A stretch of DNA of 64,000 nt. It comes from Azolla caroliniana (Eukaryota > Plantae > Polypodiophyta). The translations under genes and the position numbers were made by a program. Under the pieces are notes generated by a model that had not been told where the DNA came from, ran no database searches, and saw only the letters and a list, made by a program, of their open reading frames with translations. The stretch is taken from positions 17,608,001 through 17,672,000 of the forward strand of contig JBHGNT010000005.1 in assembly GCA_043228905.1 (NCBI GenBank). Direction: 5' to 3'. Of this stretch, positions 24,469-37,174 are shown piece after piece; the stretch's first letter is position 1; the number at the start of each line of letters is the position of its first letter.

Positions 24469-25080
24469 CCTATATAGAGGAGAATTTGGCAAATGGTTTC
24501 ATTTAACATTCAAAATCTCCAACCGGCGCACCCATTTTCTTCGTCAAGAAAAAGGATGGATCACTTCGTCTTGTCATAGATTACCGTGGGTTGAATAAAG
24601 TCACCATTAGGAATAGGTATGCACTTCCCCTTATCTCAAGTCTTTTAGAACGGATCAATGGTGCAAGGTTCTTCACAAAGATCGACTTACGAGGAGCGTA
24701 TAACCTCGTACGGATCTAACTAGGAGATGAATGGAAGACTGCGTTTCGCACCAGATATGGGCACTTCGAGTATACGGTCATGCCATTCGTCCTCATTAAT
24801 GTGTCATTAGTCTTCCAGCACATGGCAAATGATATATTCCGAGATCTCTTGGATGATTTTTTGATCATCTATTTGGATTATCTATTGGTTTATTCAAAGA
24901 CCCAAGAAGAGCATGATTCTCATGTATTGTTAGTACTAAAACGACTTCGAGAACATGGTCTTTATGCAAAGCTGGAAAAATGTAGTTTCGGGTGCAACTA
25001 GGTCGAATTTCTGGGCTATGTCATCTCCTCGGAAGGCATCGCCATGGATCCAAGTAAGGTCAAAACCGTGGTAGAGTGAC
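24469..25080 (+). pseudogene. Chromovirus A RT fragment
   Basis: [75 protein letters not shown]. Confidence 0.9.
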
Positions 25081-26099
25081 ACACGCACACACGCATTTTC
25101 GCCACCGTGTTGCACATGTTCCAATTATGATGCAATCCCCAATATCTCAGAAATAGAAAAACAATCTCCATCTCTTATTTTGGGTTAACCTATGTAAATT
25201 GTGCAAACACCAACTATCTAGGTGTCAAATAACACCTTGATAAAGCTTGCCAAATTTGAGAAATGTAACTCCAAATCTGACAAGAAATTGGACATTGTAT
25301 AAATCGATGAGTATTACCTTCCATTTGAACAATGCAAAAAATGCAAAATTTTACCCGTTGCTAGTCCACAACGCTTTAGAGCTAATCCCAAAGGAAATCC
25401 TCCAATCAAAACTCTCCAAATGAAGACCTTTGCTACAAATGACAATTTAGAATGTCAACTACGTTGTAAGATCTGCCACCACCCATGATTAGATTTGTGT
25501 ATTTTCCATTCTTCTTCGGCCTTCGATGATAAACATCCAAGAGACTCAATAGAGCAATGATACAAAAGATTAGTAGTCACTTATAACAATGACGTTTGAC
25601 CACGTAAACACCAATCAATCCACAGTTGTTCTCCTTTTTGTAGAGGTAAGAGACCTTGCATTAATGCAATATTTTGTATTTGTTGCCAAATAAACCCATA
25701 ATTAGGCAACTACAAAAAACTCCAAAATTCTTTGAGATGGAGCCTCAACTATATCTCCCACCTCTTTGACCCCCAAATGAAACTAACAATTAAATTGAGA
25801 GCACAATCTCTCCTTTCTTGGCGAACATAATAACCGAGAAGACACAAGTAGCTCTTTTTGCAAAGAATTACAATGGTCTCTACTAGATGATGGTTTCCAT
25901 ACACATAACAAGAGTGCTTCTTGCCATGAAGTAACCAAGTGTTGAACACATGATGAGCCTGGAATCCCAAGTGAAGTACATCCATTCAATAATTGCTACC
26001 ATGAAGCCTTAATCATTGTCCTCCCATGTGTTAAACCCTAGTTCTCAATGAAATATTAAACAAATTGATATCCATGGTTTTGAGTTTAAACACATGTCT

Positions 26100-26409
26100 T
26101 GTAATAATGAAAATCTGCGACCCATATGGTCCTATATGTATTTGGGTCCATTAGGTCCCCTCCTTTATGTATAGGGGCCACTATGTTCATGGTCCATTAT
26201 GGTGGAAAACCCTTGTGTTGAGAGTCGAACTCAACTTCCCATAGTAATAGGTTTCACACTAGCTCATGGTCATACCAAGCTAGTTTTGTAAATAGTAGAA
26301 AGGGCACTTACCCTAGCTTAGTTGGTATTTAAACCAACTCCTTGTAACTTAGTTACTGTTGGAAGTATTTTGGTTAATGTAACATACAATCTTTTATCTC
26401 TATTTTAAG

Positions 26410-26456
<47 letters not shown>

Positions 26457-26459
26457 GCC

Positions 26460-26503
<44 letters not shown>

Positions 26504-27878
26504 TCCTTCCGCTCCATCTTAGCCACTCTTGCTCCTCATTTCTTTACATGATATCAGAGCATGTGGTTGCTTAATCGAATCTATTCAACTTTGTTGTGGT
26601 ACATGCCGACGATCAACAGAACTAGCTCATCACCAGAGAAGAAATCGACATAATGAACACTCAGATGGGAAGCGCTCTTCCTACTGAGAAGCTTGACAGA
26701 ATGAACTTCGCATCTTGGGAATACAAGATGCATCAATACCTTGTCAGACAAGGTTACTGGAGCTACATTAAAGGAGCTCACTAAACTCAACCCAACCCAA
26801 CACACGCCAACTATCCCGCTTGGGAGCAAGCCGCAAGCCATGTGTTGTATTGTCTTGCATCATGCGTTCACGATCATATGCTTGGCTATATTCGAGATTT
26901 GAAAACACCGAAAGAAGCTTGGGGAAACCTCAAGAAGATTTTTGTGGCCAACACGGCTACACGAAAGCTCCAACTTCGTCAGGAGTTAAACAACTTGCAA
27001 TAGAGGGATATGTCAATCATAGGCCATACCTTAAAGATCAAGGAGTTGTGTGATGCCCTCAGTTCTATTAATGTCATAATCGACGATGACGAGATGGTGC
27101 AAATATGCCTCGGCGGCTTAGCACCCTGATTTGACTCGATTAGATCGGCCATCCTTGCAAGGGAGAACCCTCCCTCATTTTTCGATCTCCAATCAATATT
27201 GTTGGTTGAGGAAAATCCGGCCCGAAAAGGAGCAACGCACCAGAAAGTCATATGCTCTACTCCCAATTGGATGGTAGAAGAATGTTCGGCGGTGGAAAAT
27301 AGAGGTCGACTCGAACAAGGCCGTAATGGTCGGCAGACTCAAGAGCGTAACTTCCACCAATGGCAAGCGGATAGGAATGGTCCCAGAGAGTTCGGCAAAA
27401 GGGGGATTCATCACGCCGAACCAAGCAATCATAATATCCTGATCGGATGCGGGTACTATGGAAATCACAGCCACCATGAAGAGGAGTGCCGGGAAAAGGT
27501 ACGAGACTCGGCTTCAACTAGCCGACAGCTCACGAACTACGCATCGAATTCCGACTACGACGATCATAGCGGAATGTTTACAAATTACGCCACAAATTCC
27601 GACTACGATGACCGTGGTAGAATGTTCGTAATGAGGCAAAAGCACACTCGATGTCAGCACAAGCCTTAACTAGCACCTCTGCCTCAAATAACATATTGTT
27701 TGTTGACTCGGGAGCATCCAATCACATGACGTCTCATGAAGATTGGTTTCAAGAACTACAGAAGCCCGAATGTCCCGGATATGTCGAAACAGAAGATGAC
27801 ATGACTCATCCAATACAACATATCGAGAATGTCCCATTCGGAAACGACGGAAAACAAACCTACCTCAAGAATGTCCCG
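26100..27878 (+). mobile_element. Ty1/Copia 5' fragment (LTR 26100-26548, PBS-Met 26549-26560, gag, protease)
   Basis: TGTAA..TTACA LTR; TGATATCAGAGC (degenerate iMet PBS); EKLDRMNFASWEYKMHQYL gag; FVDSGASNHMT protease. Confidence 0.85.
26413..26500. repeat. Inverted microsatellite pair (TG)n-spacer-(CA)n
   Basis: About 20 TG units, a short spacer, then about 20 AC units. Confidence 0.95.
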
Positions 27879-27974
27879 TAGTTAGTGGGTGACAATACTC
27901 CATTGTCACACCCATTGTAAGTAGTGTTTTTTTACACGCATTTATTAATGTAATTGTGTGTTTTCACCAAAAGA

Positions 27975-27975
27975 G

Positions 27976-28011
<36 letters not shown>

Positions 28012-31000
28012 TATATTATCGTCTTTGGAGATCAAATATGACCTATGAGACAAAAAATATTACATTTCACGTGATACATATGAAAGTGAGTAGTGACTCT
28101 TGATGTTCAAGAACCTTACCGATGAATGTTGCAATCAAGAGTGCACATTGTGGTTGTGAGAGAAATTCATGCAAGGGTTGGGCTCGGTCGAAGAGATGTG
28201 GAAAGCGTGGTCGAATATGATCCAAGGCGGAGCATTGTATCAAAGTGTGATACTCAGACTTGTGAACTTGTTTAGAGCAAAGTGTGCATAGCCGATCACT
28301 CTCATCACTTGTGCCCCAACGCCCTGTTTCACATCGCAATGCATGTGAGCTAAGTCGCATGGAAGCAATGGTTTGAATGGTAGATAATGGTATGGGCTCT
28401 AACATGTATCAATGTGTACAGTTTCCTCGTTCCGCAAAGAATATGGTTTTGTAGTTAGGTGCAACATGTGTAGTATAATGTGTGAAGCATGAGCCTCCAC
28501 ATTTGTCCCATGTCATGATACATTGGCGTTGCAAAAATGCCTTATTTACAGAGGAATCTAGTGATGCATCATGAAGCAAGTGTCTCGCATCCCATCTACC
28601 AAACCATTTTGATAAATCTTGTATCCAACCAGAACACAAAATTTTGCTTTTATGCAACTTTTTGATCTTTTTGCTTGCTTCCCATGCAATTCTAGGAAGT
28701 CGATGTGAGGGACTTTTTTTAGCCTTAAGCATATGTATTCAACAACCTTTTCCATGGTCATGATCTCAATGGGAAGTGATCTCGTCTCAAGGAGGAGGAG
28801 GAGGAGGGTGCAGGGCATTTGTTTCTTAACTTGTAGAAACTTTGTAAGAAAATGTTTTTGGACATTCTCAAACTCCATACTTCTACCTCATAGAGAAGAA
28901 CCGGTGTCACAAAAGTGTCAAAAAGATATTTCTTGAGGACCCAACAATTAATATCTCCAAGATTGCATGTGTTCTCAAATGCATAGTATGCTCACTTACC
29001 CACCTCTAAGCGGCGTGTAGCACATTCATTCCATCTATAATTTGAAGGAACTTCAAGGCCAAGATATTTGAAGCTTTCCACACATTCAAGTGGCTCATTG
29101 TTGTACATAATGCATGGTTTATCTCTTTTTTGGCTCTTCACAAGCATAATCTTTGTTTTAGAGCTATTGACACTTAATTCAGTATGCATGCAAAAATTTT
29201 CCATTGCCTTCATAAGCTTTTGTGCATCTCCTAAAGTATTTGCAAAAAGCACTACATCATCTACATATAGCAAAAGCATAATCACAACATTCCCAATGAC
29301 ATCTTCTTCAACACATTCTTCCTTTGCAAACTTGGTAACCATTTCTTCCATTTCATCAATGCATAGACCAAATAATGTTGGTGAAAGTGTGCATCATTGC
29401 TTAACACCAATAGTGCTTTTGAAAAAATCTGAAAGTTTATCTCTCATACGCACACAACATATAACCTTCTCATAGATTCGGGACATTGCAAGCATATATT
29501 CACTTGGCACCTCAAGTCCTTCTTCCATTCGCCTTCCAGATGCTTAGGAGGTACCATATCAAAAGCTTTCTTGAAGTCTACAAAGCAACAATATAACCTT
29601 TACCTCTAAGGCGACTTTCCTCCAATAATACTTTAAGGGTAACAAGATAATTAATGGTGCTATGGTGTTTTCGAAAGCCAGCTTGTCCAGAAGCTCTCTT
29701 ACCATTTTTTTTCAGCCCATACACTTATCTTTGATTCCATTATACATCCAAATAGTTTTGCCATTAATGAGCCAAACATGATGGTTTGATAGTTGTTTAC
29801 ATTATTGACATCTCCACCTTTATGAAAAGGTTTGATCCAATTTATAGTCCAATCGTACGACATACCATGTTGCAATGCATCATTAAACATATCGCTTATC
29901 CATACATGTGCTTCCTTTCCCGTCCATTTGAGCATTTCAGCCTTTATACATTGAAGATCGTTTGCCTTTCGAGAGGCCAATTTCTTAAGTCCTCTACATA
30001 TATCTTCAATTGTAAAGAAGGGAGACATATGTGAAAGAGAACCATAACACATTATCTTTTCGGCAAGAGATAGCTCATATAAACTCTTACAATGCATAGA
30101 CAAGTCATGAAGAGTTAAGCCACCATAACTCTCAACACGTTTCCCCTTTAGATTTCCCCAAAATTTAGCACATGCATGTGCTTTCTCTTGCGTTTGGATA
30201 AATTGTTGAGTAACTTCCCATATTCTTCTCTTTCTTTGAATAAGCCTTTTATACTCATGCAAATGCTTTTGGTAATTCTTTTTATCCTTAACTACATCCA
30301 AAACCATAAGGCACTTTCAAGGTTCACGACATTCTTTATCAAACCATTTTTTCCTAAGTTTCTTGGTACATTTCCAAGATGTGCGGTTGGTCAAAAAATA
30401 TTTGTTTGTACAAGAGAGAATGATTTTCTTGAAAGCTTACCATTTGCATTCTAGTGTGGTACCATGTTGTATCTTTGTCATTTGTAACATATCCTCAACC
30501 ATCTTGGAATACATGGGCGCTTGCTTAAGGTTCATGCTCAAGTGCGGTTGTTTATTATCTTCAATAGCATTCTCACAATCAAACCTATTCATACATTTGA
30601 GATCAATACATAAGGGCCTATGATCGGATTCCGGTGTCCATTCACCAAGTAAGAATTTATGTCTACGATCCAAAATACATTTGGAAAGTAGCACATAGTC
30701 AATCACACTATTTTCGTTGTGTTTTCTACATGTAAAACCATTAGTGTTGGGCCATAAGGAAATACCATTTGCAATGAGCAATCCAGTACTATTGCACATT
30801 TGTAGGAGTAACTTCCCAAATTGGTGTGGATTTTTTTCATCGCTAGAAGAGCGAATATACATTTGCATATCCTCTTGCATCCTTGAGATATGTGGCACGA
30901 AAGATTCTTGTGAATCAAGTTGAAAACTTCTTGTACGAGCATTCATGTCACCAAAGACAATAACTTCCCATCTGGATTTGAAATAAGTAATATCAACTTC

Positions 31001-31160
31001 TAGATTGGCAACAACTTGATCTTTATCCAAATAAGCATAAAAGTTAGAATCTTGATGAGGATTGTAACATCCAACTACAAAAGTGGGCAAATCATTAGGT
31101 GTTTCTATTTTGAGTCATATGTAACATTTATGCTCATCATTTTTTATGATTGACACATAT
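27975..31160 (-). mobile_element. Non-LTR retrotransposon (LINE, RTEX-like), decayed
   Basis: APE endonuclease (VFGDMNART, SVIDYVL, ESDHRP); RT (LLYVDDVVL, FKYLGL); C-terminal MRLSSHALRCETGRW..RLCTLC..H...C zinc knuckle; (TCTA)n tail at ~27978-28010. Confidence 0.85.
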
Positions 31161-31265
31161 TGAGAGAGAGAGAGCAGAAAGAAAGAAAGACAAATATATT
31201 AATGTCTTCTAAGACCAAAATTGGCCCATGAGACAATCGGTCTACAACAAAAATGGGGTATTTAC

Positions 31266-31663
31266 CAGGGATCGACAACGGCTCGACTCAAGCCTAAATC
31301 GTTTAGCTAAACCAGTTTAAAACGACTTAGAGGCTCGGCTTGGCTCGCCTTAGGTTTGAGATTGACTAAATGGTTTGAGCTCGGTTCGGCTTGGCTTGAG
31401 CCTTGCCAAACCGGCTCAAGCCAGTTAAGCCGTTTAGAAAGAGGGAGAGGGAGAGGGAGGGAGCTTGTATAGTACACAGTGGATCATGTGTGTGAGAGAG
31501 AGAGACAAGGGGGGGGGGGGTTTCTAAACCAGTTTCCAAGCCGTTTACCAAGCCGGTTCACAAACCAGTTTAGGGATCGGTTTGGTTTGGTTTAGGTTTG
31601 AGAACCCCTAAACGGTTTAGGCTTAACCGAGCTAAGCCTAAACCGAACAATTGCCGATCCCTA
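31266..31663. mobile_element. hAT-type MITE (398 bp)
   Basis: TIRs CAGGGATCGACAA / TTGCCGATCCCTA; 8-bp TSD GTATTTAC (31258-31265, 31664-31671); internal AAACCG/CGGTT repeats. Confidence 0.92.
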
Positions 31664-31945
31664 GTATTTACCCATTCATCAAAAGTAAAAAAATAAAATA
31701 AAAAACTTAAGCTAAATAGTTGTAGTTACAAAGTGCCAATTGATTCCGAATTGCTTGTATTTGCATACAATACATATACCATACGGTATGTTAAATACAT
31801 GCATATGTATATACATTCGTATGTACATACATACATTCCAACGTATACGTTCATATGTATACAGTATACATTCATAGGTATACCGTATACGTATGATATG
31901 CAGGCCAAACAAACGGTAAGCGATTTTTGAAAGAAAGAGAAGGCT

Positions 31946-34525
31946 ATGGCTATGGCTATGGCTATGGCGAAGCTGCGTCCTCCTCCTTCTCCTTCTCCTT
32001 CTCCTTCTGCCTCTGCATCCGCAGGCATGAGCAATGGGAAGCTCTCCCGACGCAGCAGCAGACGCAAGCGCTCTTCTGTGTCCATGCCTTCCAGGAAGAG
32101 GAAAGCACCCCCCCTCCCAATCCATGAACAGCAGAAGGAGAAAGAAAGTCGCGTCGATCCCCCCACACGATCTCGCACGATCTCTTCTTCTGAACCGACG
32201 GCAGGACAGAACCCCTGCATCACATCCATCTGCAAGAAATCTACCAACAACTTTCCCTTCCGATCTTCTGCCGTGGAATACCTCCAAAGGAATTTGAGAA
32301 AACGCTTTGCGTACACAGACACCATGAAGCCTGTGTCTGAAGCTTCTCCAGCAGTAGGAACATGCTATGCTGAAGGTAATCATTTTGCTCAAGGTAAACC
32401 AGATTTTTGTAACGTCTCATCCCTCCAGAAATCCAGAGCAACGCATTCCTCTCAATCTCCTCTTGCTAAATGCCTCAAAAGAACTTTAAGGAAACGAACG
32501 ATTTGTATGAAAATGCAGCCGATTTCAGCATCTTCTCATCATAGATCACATTCCAATGAACTCGCAACCGGGAATTTGATCTCTGGTGGTATCAACAAGA
32601 AGAAGATTGGAGACGAGAGATCCGTCTCACAACAAAGTATCTCACAGAAACAAACTTCCTACGCAGAATCGGAGCCTTCTTTTCAAGAGGGAACACAGAG
32701 AACCTCAGTCTCGATCAACAAACAGTGTGAGGATTCTCAGGATGACGAGATGTCTCATGGAAATATTGAAGATACCAAGCAAAAGAAAGGAGGGATGGCC
32801 CAGTGCTTCCGAAGAACCTTAAGAAAGCGAGCCTTCACCAAAGATGTGAAGTCTGTCGCTGTTTCGGCATTATCTCACCAAGGTACAAAGTTGATTGAGG
32901 AGACAGTGGGAGACTTGACCTCTGCTGGTATCAAGAATAAGGTCAGATTCTGCAGCCCCGACTCGAAGTATGAGAAAACTAAGAAAGTCTGCTGCGAGGA
33001 GTTATCGCATGAAAACTTTGAAGATTTGAAAGATGGAAATGGCTGGACAGCCAAACAAGTCTTGGCGTTGCAGAATGCTTACTTTGAGGTTCTGCCTTCC
33101 TCAAACTTCTGGTTTGAAGTGTCCAAAAAGGTACTAATGGAGAAGTTGTTTGTTATACCAATATGCCTCTCCATTCTGAAATTTGTGTCTTTCAGTATGA
33201 CTGAAATTTGTCATAAGCAAGGATTTTATTTACCTGTTATTTTATCTTAAGAAATGGTCCAACTTAGTAGCCTAGAAAAGTCTGGTCTAATGGAAGGTTA
33301 TAGACGAAATTGGAAAGTGATAACAGGTCGCTTAACATTGCAAGAACTTAGATCCAAGAAGGTGAATGCGAAATTGAGAAATGAGACATAACTTAATCTC
33401 ATGAAAATGCTGTGATGATCATAGCTCTAGCTGTGTCTAATTCTTTTAGGTGTATTCAAGTTCTTTTTTGCTTTCAATAGAACACAGAAACAATCATACT
33501 TCATAGCTATCAAAGGGCCGTTATTTCCTCATATAGGTTGGCAACATAGGGATCTTTCTTGGATTCTTCCCATGGTTGTATATCTGAATTCAACTCTGTT
33601 GTAAACTCGGATTCAATGTATAAAGTCTACTTGAAAACTATAGGCGTTTCAGCATTTTTAGCCCTTTCATAAATATGCTATTTTTGAAAATTTTAACTTC
33701 GTTAATAGTTATAATTTATGGTTCATGTGTATGTAGGTGACAGGGAAGACAGCTAAGGAATGTTTTGACAGATATTACTCATCATACCCAACACCTCCAG
33801 CCACACAATCCCATGGTAGCCGATGTGCATCTGGGCTGACACTAAGGACCATATCTTTCACTAATTCTCCAACAAGGGTCGAAACAGGTTCCACATCTCG
33901 ATTTGGTCGTGGCAAGCAAGGGCTCCTCAAAGCTCATCAGACAGTGAGGAACATTCTGAGGAAGCAAAAGGTTGCAGATGGGAACTACGAAGCTGATGTC
34001 TTCTCTACAGTGGAAAAAGAAGACGACAATGATGAGGAAGAAACACTTCCTTCTTTACATTACTGCCCAGATTTAGTTGTTCCATCATCATTGCAATCCA
34101 ATTATGGTGGTGTGGATAAGGATAGAAGTATTGTCAGTCAGATCCAAAGCCCAGAGGTATTAAAAAGGGAAACTAATCCGAGAAGGCTGGATAGGTATCT
34201 TGACATGCTTCATTTAAGAAGAGCTGAGAAGAAATTTAACAAGAATAAGCACACTATAAGATTGGGGGAGTTAACTCAAGGTGAATGTGAAGATTATAAA
34301 AACAGGGAGAGGATTGATGAAGATGAAGAAGAAGAAGAAGAAGAAGAAGAAGGTAAGAATAGGTTTAGGAGCGTTGGTGCTGCTAGGGATGCCATCATCA
34401 CTGGTGCACTAGAAGCTCTTGAAAGAGTGTTGAAGGAGAAAGAGAAGGATAATGCTAGTATGGAAGATGATGAGATTGAAGCAGAAGAAGAAGCTACTGA
34501 TATGTTTGACGGAGATTTATACTGA
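31946..34525 (+). CDS. Host SANT/Myb-like domain protein, 2 exons (31946-33130, 33737-34525), about 657 aa
   Basis: Phase-0 GT..AG intron joins WTAKQVLALQNAYFEVLPSSNFWFEVSKK|VTGKTAKECFDRYY, a SANT repeat. No internal stops; basic disordered N-terminus and acidic C-terminus. Confidence 0.85.
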
Positions 34526-35637
34526 TGAAGGATTACTTACACATGGCTAGGTATGTAACATAATGCTAATAAATAGATAATATGAGTAATAAAGATATAT
34601 AGATACATCAATTGGATACTTTGGGTGTAAAGCATGATGAGGATTTCTTCTGTTTTCATATCCACATCAACTAATTCCGTGCAATAATAAGTACTGTTGT
34701 TTATGTTGCCAATGAAGCAATGTGATGTGTTTTCACAATTAGAGTTATACAGAAACAAGGATTATGGTGATCGAGACACCAACACTGCGTACATTAAAGA
34801 AACATTAAATATCTGTATGCGTAATGCATCTGTAGCTGTTACCTAGAGGCTATTTATTGCTGCTCAAATGATGATGGGAAGGAATGTGAGGTGCAAACAT
34901 TTGTGAAATACCATGGATTGAGATGGAAAGAAAATCGTTAAAAGGTTGTATCCATTGATCTTCAGGATTGCAAGTGGCTGCACCATATACTTAAAGAGTC
35001 TCAAGCTATATTTAAATTGCATCTTGTCAAAGACTGACTACCAGAAACTCGGTGGAAGACAAAGCAAGTGGCATGATAAATAGGTTAGTTGGTGACAAGA
35101 AGATGGATCATATGTGTGTTGATAGATCAAAAACCATCTTGCTGACCATTCCATGGCCATTTTAACTGTGTTGATGGCCTTACCTCTTGAACAATACCAA
35201 GCCCATTTTTAATGTCCTTAGTGGCTCCACCTCTCTAACCATCATCCTCTGCCCATTTTTAGCAATTGTGGCAATGGAACCAGACGAGTAGCTTGCAATG
35301 ATTTAGAACTGGTCTTGAATTCGACGAACGATGACAATCAAGAAGACAATGATAGATGGAAACAAAGCTGGTGATTAGCATGAAGCATGATGATTATGAA
35401 GGTGGTGCATATGTAAGAAAGGATTAAAAGGAACAAAACAAAAAGTAAATGAAGAAGAAAAGAAAAACAAAATCCATAATTGGCTTGACAACATGCTTGA
35501 TGAAGTTTCAGTGAATGATTAGGTAATGGTTTCAAGATTCAGAATAGTCATGATTTTTGAACTTAACGAGGAATTAGCATGAATAGTAGCATTGGGGCAA
35601 CGTATACTAATATTTGTAAGTATACAAATAGCTTAGA

Positions 35638-35900
35638 AATTGATCCTCTAAATGGAGTTGTGCCATTTTTCAAGTCACAGCCTAGATCTTTTGCCTCGGT
35701 TTGCCCAATCATGTGGTTCCCAACCATTTCCCCCCTTAATAGTTAGTTATTGAACCTTGTAGATAGCAATTGATCCTCTAAATGGAGTTGTGCTATTTTT
35801 CAAGTTGCAGCCTAGATCTTTTGCCTCGGTTTGCCCAATCATGTGGTTCCCAACCATTTCCCCCCTTAATAGTTAGTTATTGAACCTTGTAGATAGCAAT
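35638..35900. repeat. 130-bp tandem duplication
   Basis: TGATCCTCTAAATGGAG at 35641 and 35771; near-identical units. Confidence 0.92.
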
Positions 35901-37111
35901 GCCAATTAAATATTTAGTCGATGAAAGATTGTGCATCATCGCAAGTTGTAATTATAACATTTGAGAGATTTGAATTTGATTTCATGATGACACATATTAT
36001 CAAAGTGATAGTACCCGTATCCATGACCATAATGTGGAGATAATTTTTTCTCATTATTGAATGGTGTGTTGGGGATTTAGGGGTTGTTTGTTGGAATTTT
36101 TTGGACTTCCAAATCTTCTAGTAGCTTTGGATTTTTTGTGGTTTTTGGTTATTCTTCATTTGGGTTTCGAGTTCCTTATGATTCGTCTTGAGCGCTATAC
36201 GAGGCTTTCGAATTTCCAAATCTTCTAGTGGGTTTTGGATTTTTTATGGTTTTTTGAAATTCTTCATTTGGGTTTTAGGTTTCCTATGATTCTTCTTGAG
36301 TGGTATATGAGACTTTCAAGATCTTCTTGATTATATTGGTGGGTTTCATGCATATCAAAATTTCAAAGGAAACCTATGCAACAGTGCATGGAACCCAAAA
36401 CAACAAAAGGTGACATAGTTGTTGATCGTAGGTAGGCCATGCCGAGGTCCGAAACTCAGGAATATTCTTCCCTTTCATCAATCTTAAACTTAATCCTTCC
36501 CAAAACTTGATTTTCTATACCATATGTAAAATGTGGTAATTTCGTTGTAAATTTGGATCTACTATCTTGACTTATTTCTTTCTTTAAGTGGACTATAATA
36601 GGGGGAGAAATGTATAGACTTCAATATTTTAATCCATATCTACTCTAAACACATACATATTTGCCAAATTGAGCCACGTTACAACTATCACTCCTTGCGA
36701 CTCTTTATCTATGTCGTGTCTTCCTTATTTCAAGTCCATGGTGATCCTTGTTAAAACTCACACATATGCATGTATCCTTCTCAAACTACACACATAGGCA
36801 TGTATTTGCCACAACACATGTCGTCAACCGTAGACTCGCCATGCCAAAGTTTAAGTATATCATTGAATATCCTATTTGGATTCTCCAACTCAATGGAGAT
36901 GGGCTCAATAATTATAAATTGGTGTAATTTGGATTCAAATCTCCTTAGTGATTTAATTTAGACGACCTACCTATTATGAAAAAATTATAAGTCATCATGT
37001 GCCAGTTCAGATTCTAAATAACAAGAAACTGCTTCATAAAGTGTGAGAGCAAAAACAATGAGAACTCATTTCACGTTGCAAAAGGAACTTTGGAAAAAGA
37101 TGATAATTTGA

Positions 37112-37174
37112 TGGGAGACAAAATTTGAACCCTTGCTTCTAAGTGATCAATGCTTTACCATTGAGCCACTCCCA
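37112..37174 (-). other. tRNA-derived (SINE-head-like) sequence
   Basis: Minus strand TGGGAG-TGGCTCAATGGTAAAGC...GGTTCAAAT...CTCCCA: A box, B box and 6-bp acceptor-like stem; anticodon arm shortened. Confidence 0.6.

Noticed and set aside
25081-26099. Possible decayed L1-type LINE 3' region
   Set aside because: Only faint motif hints; cannot be supported without a search.
31712-32392. Minus-strand ORFs of 226 and 199 aa
   Set aside because: Antisense shadows of the SANT gene and low-complexity repeats.
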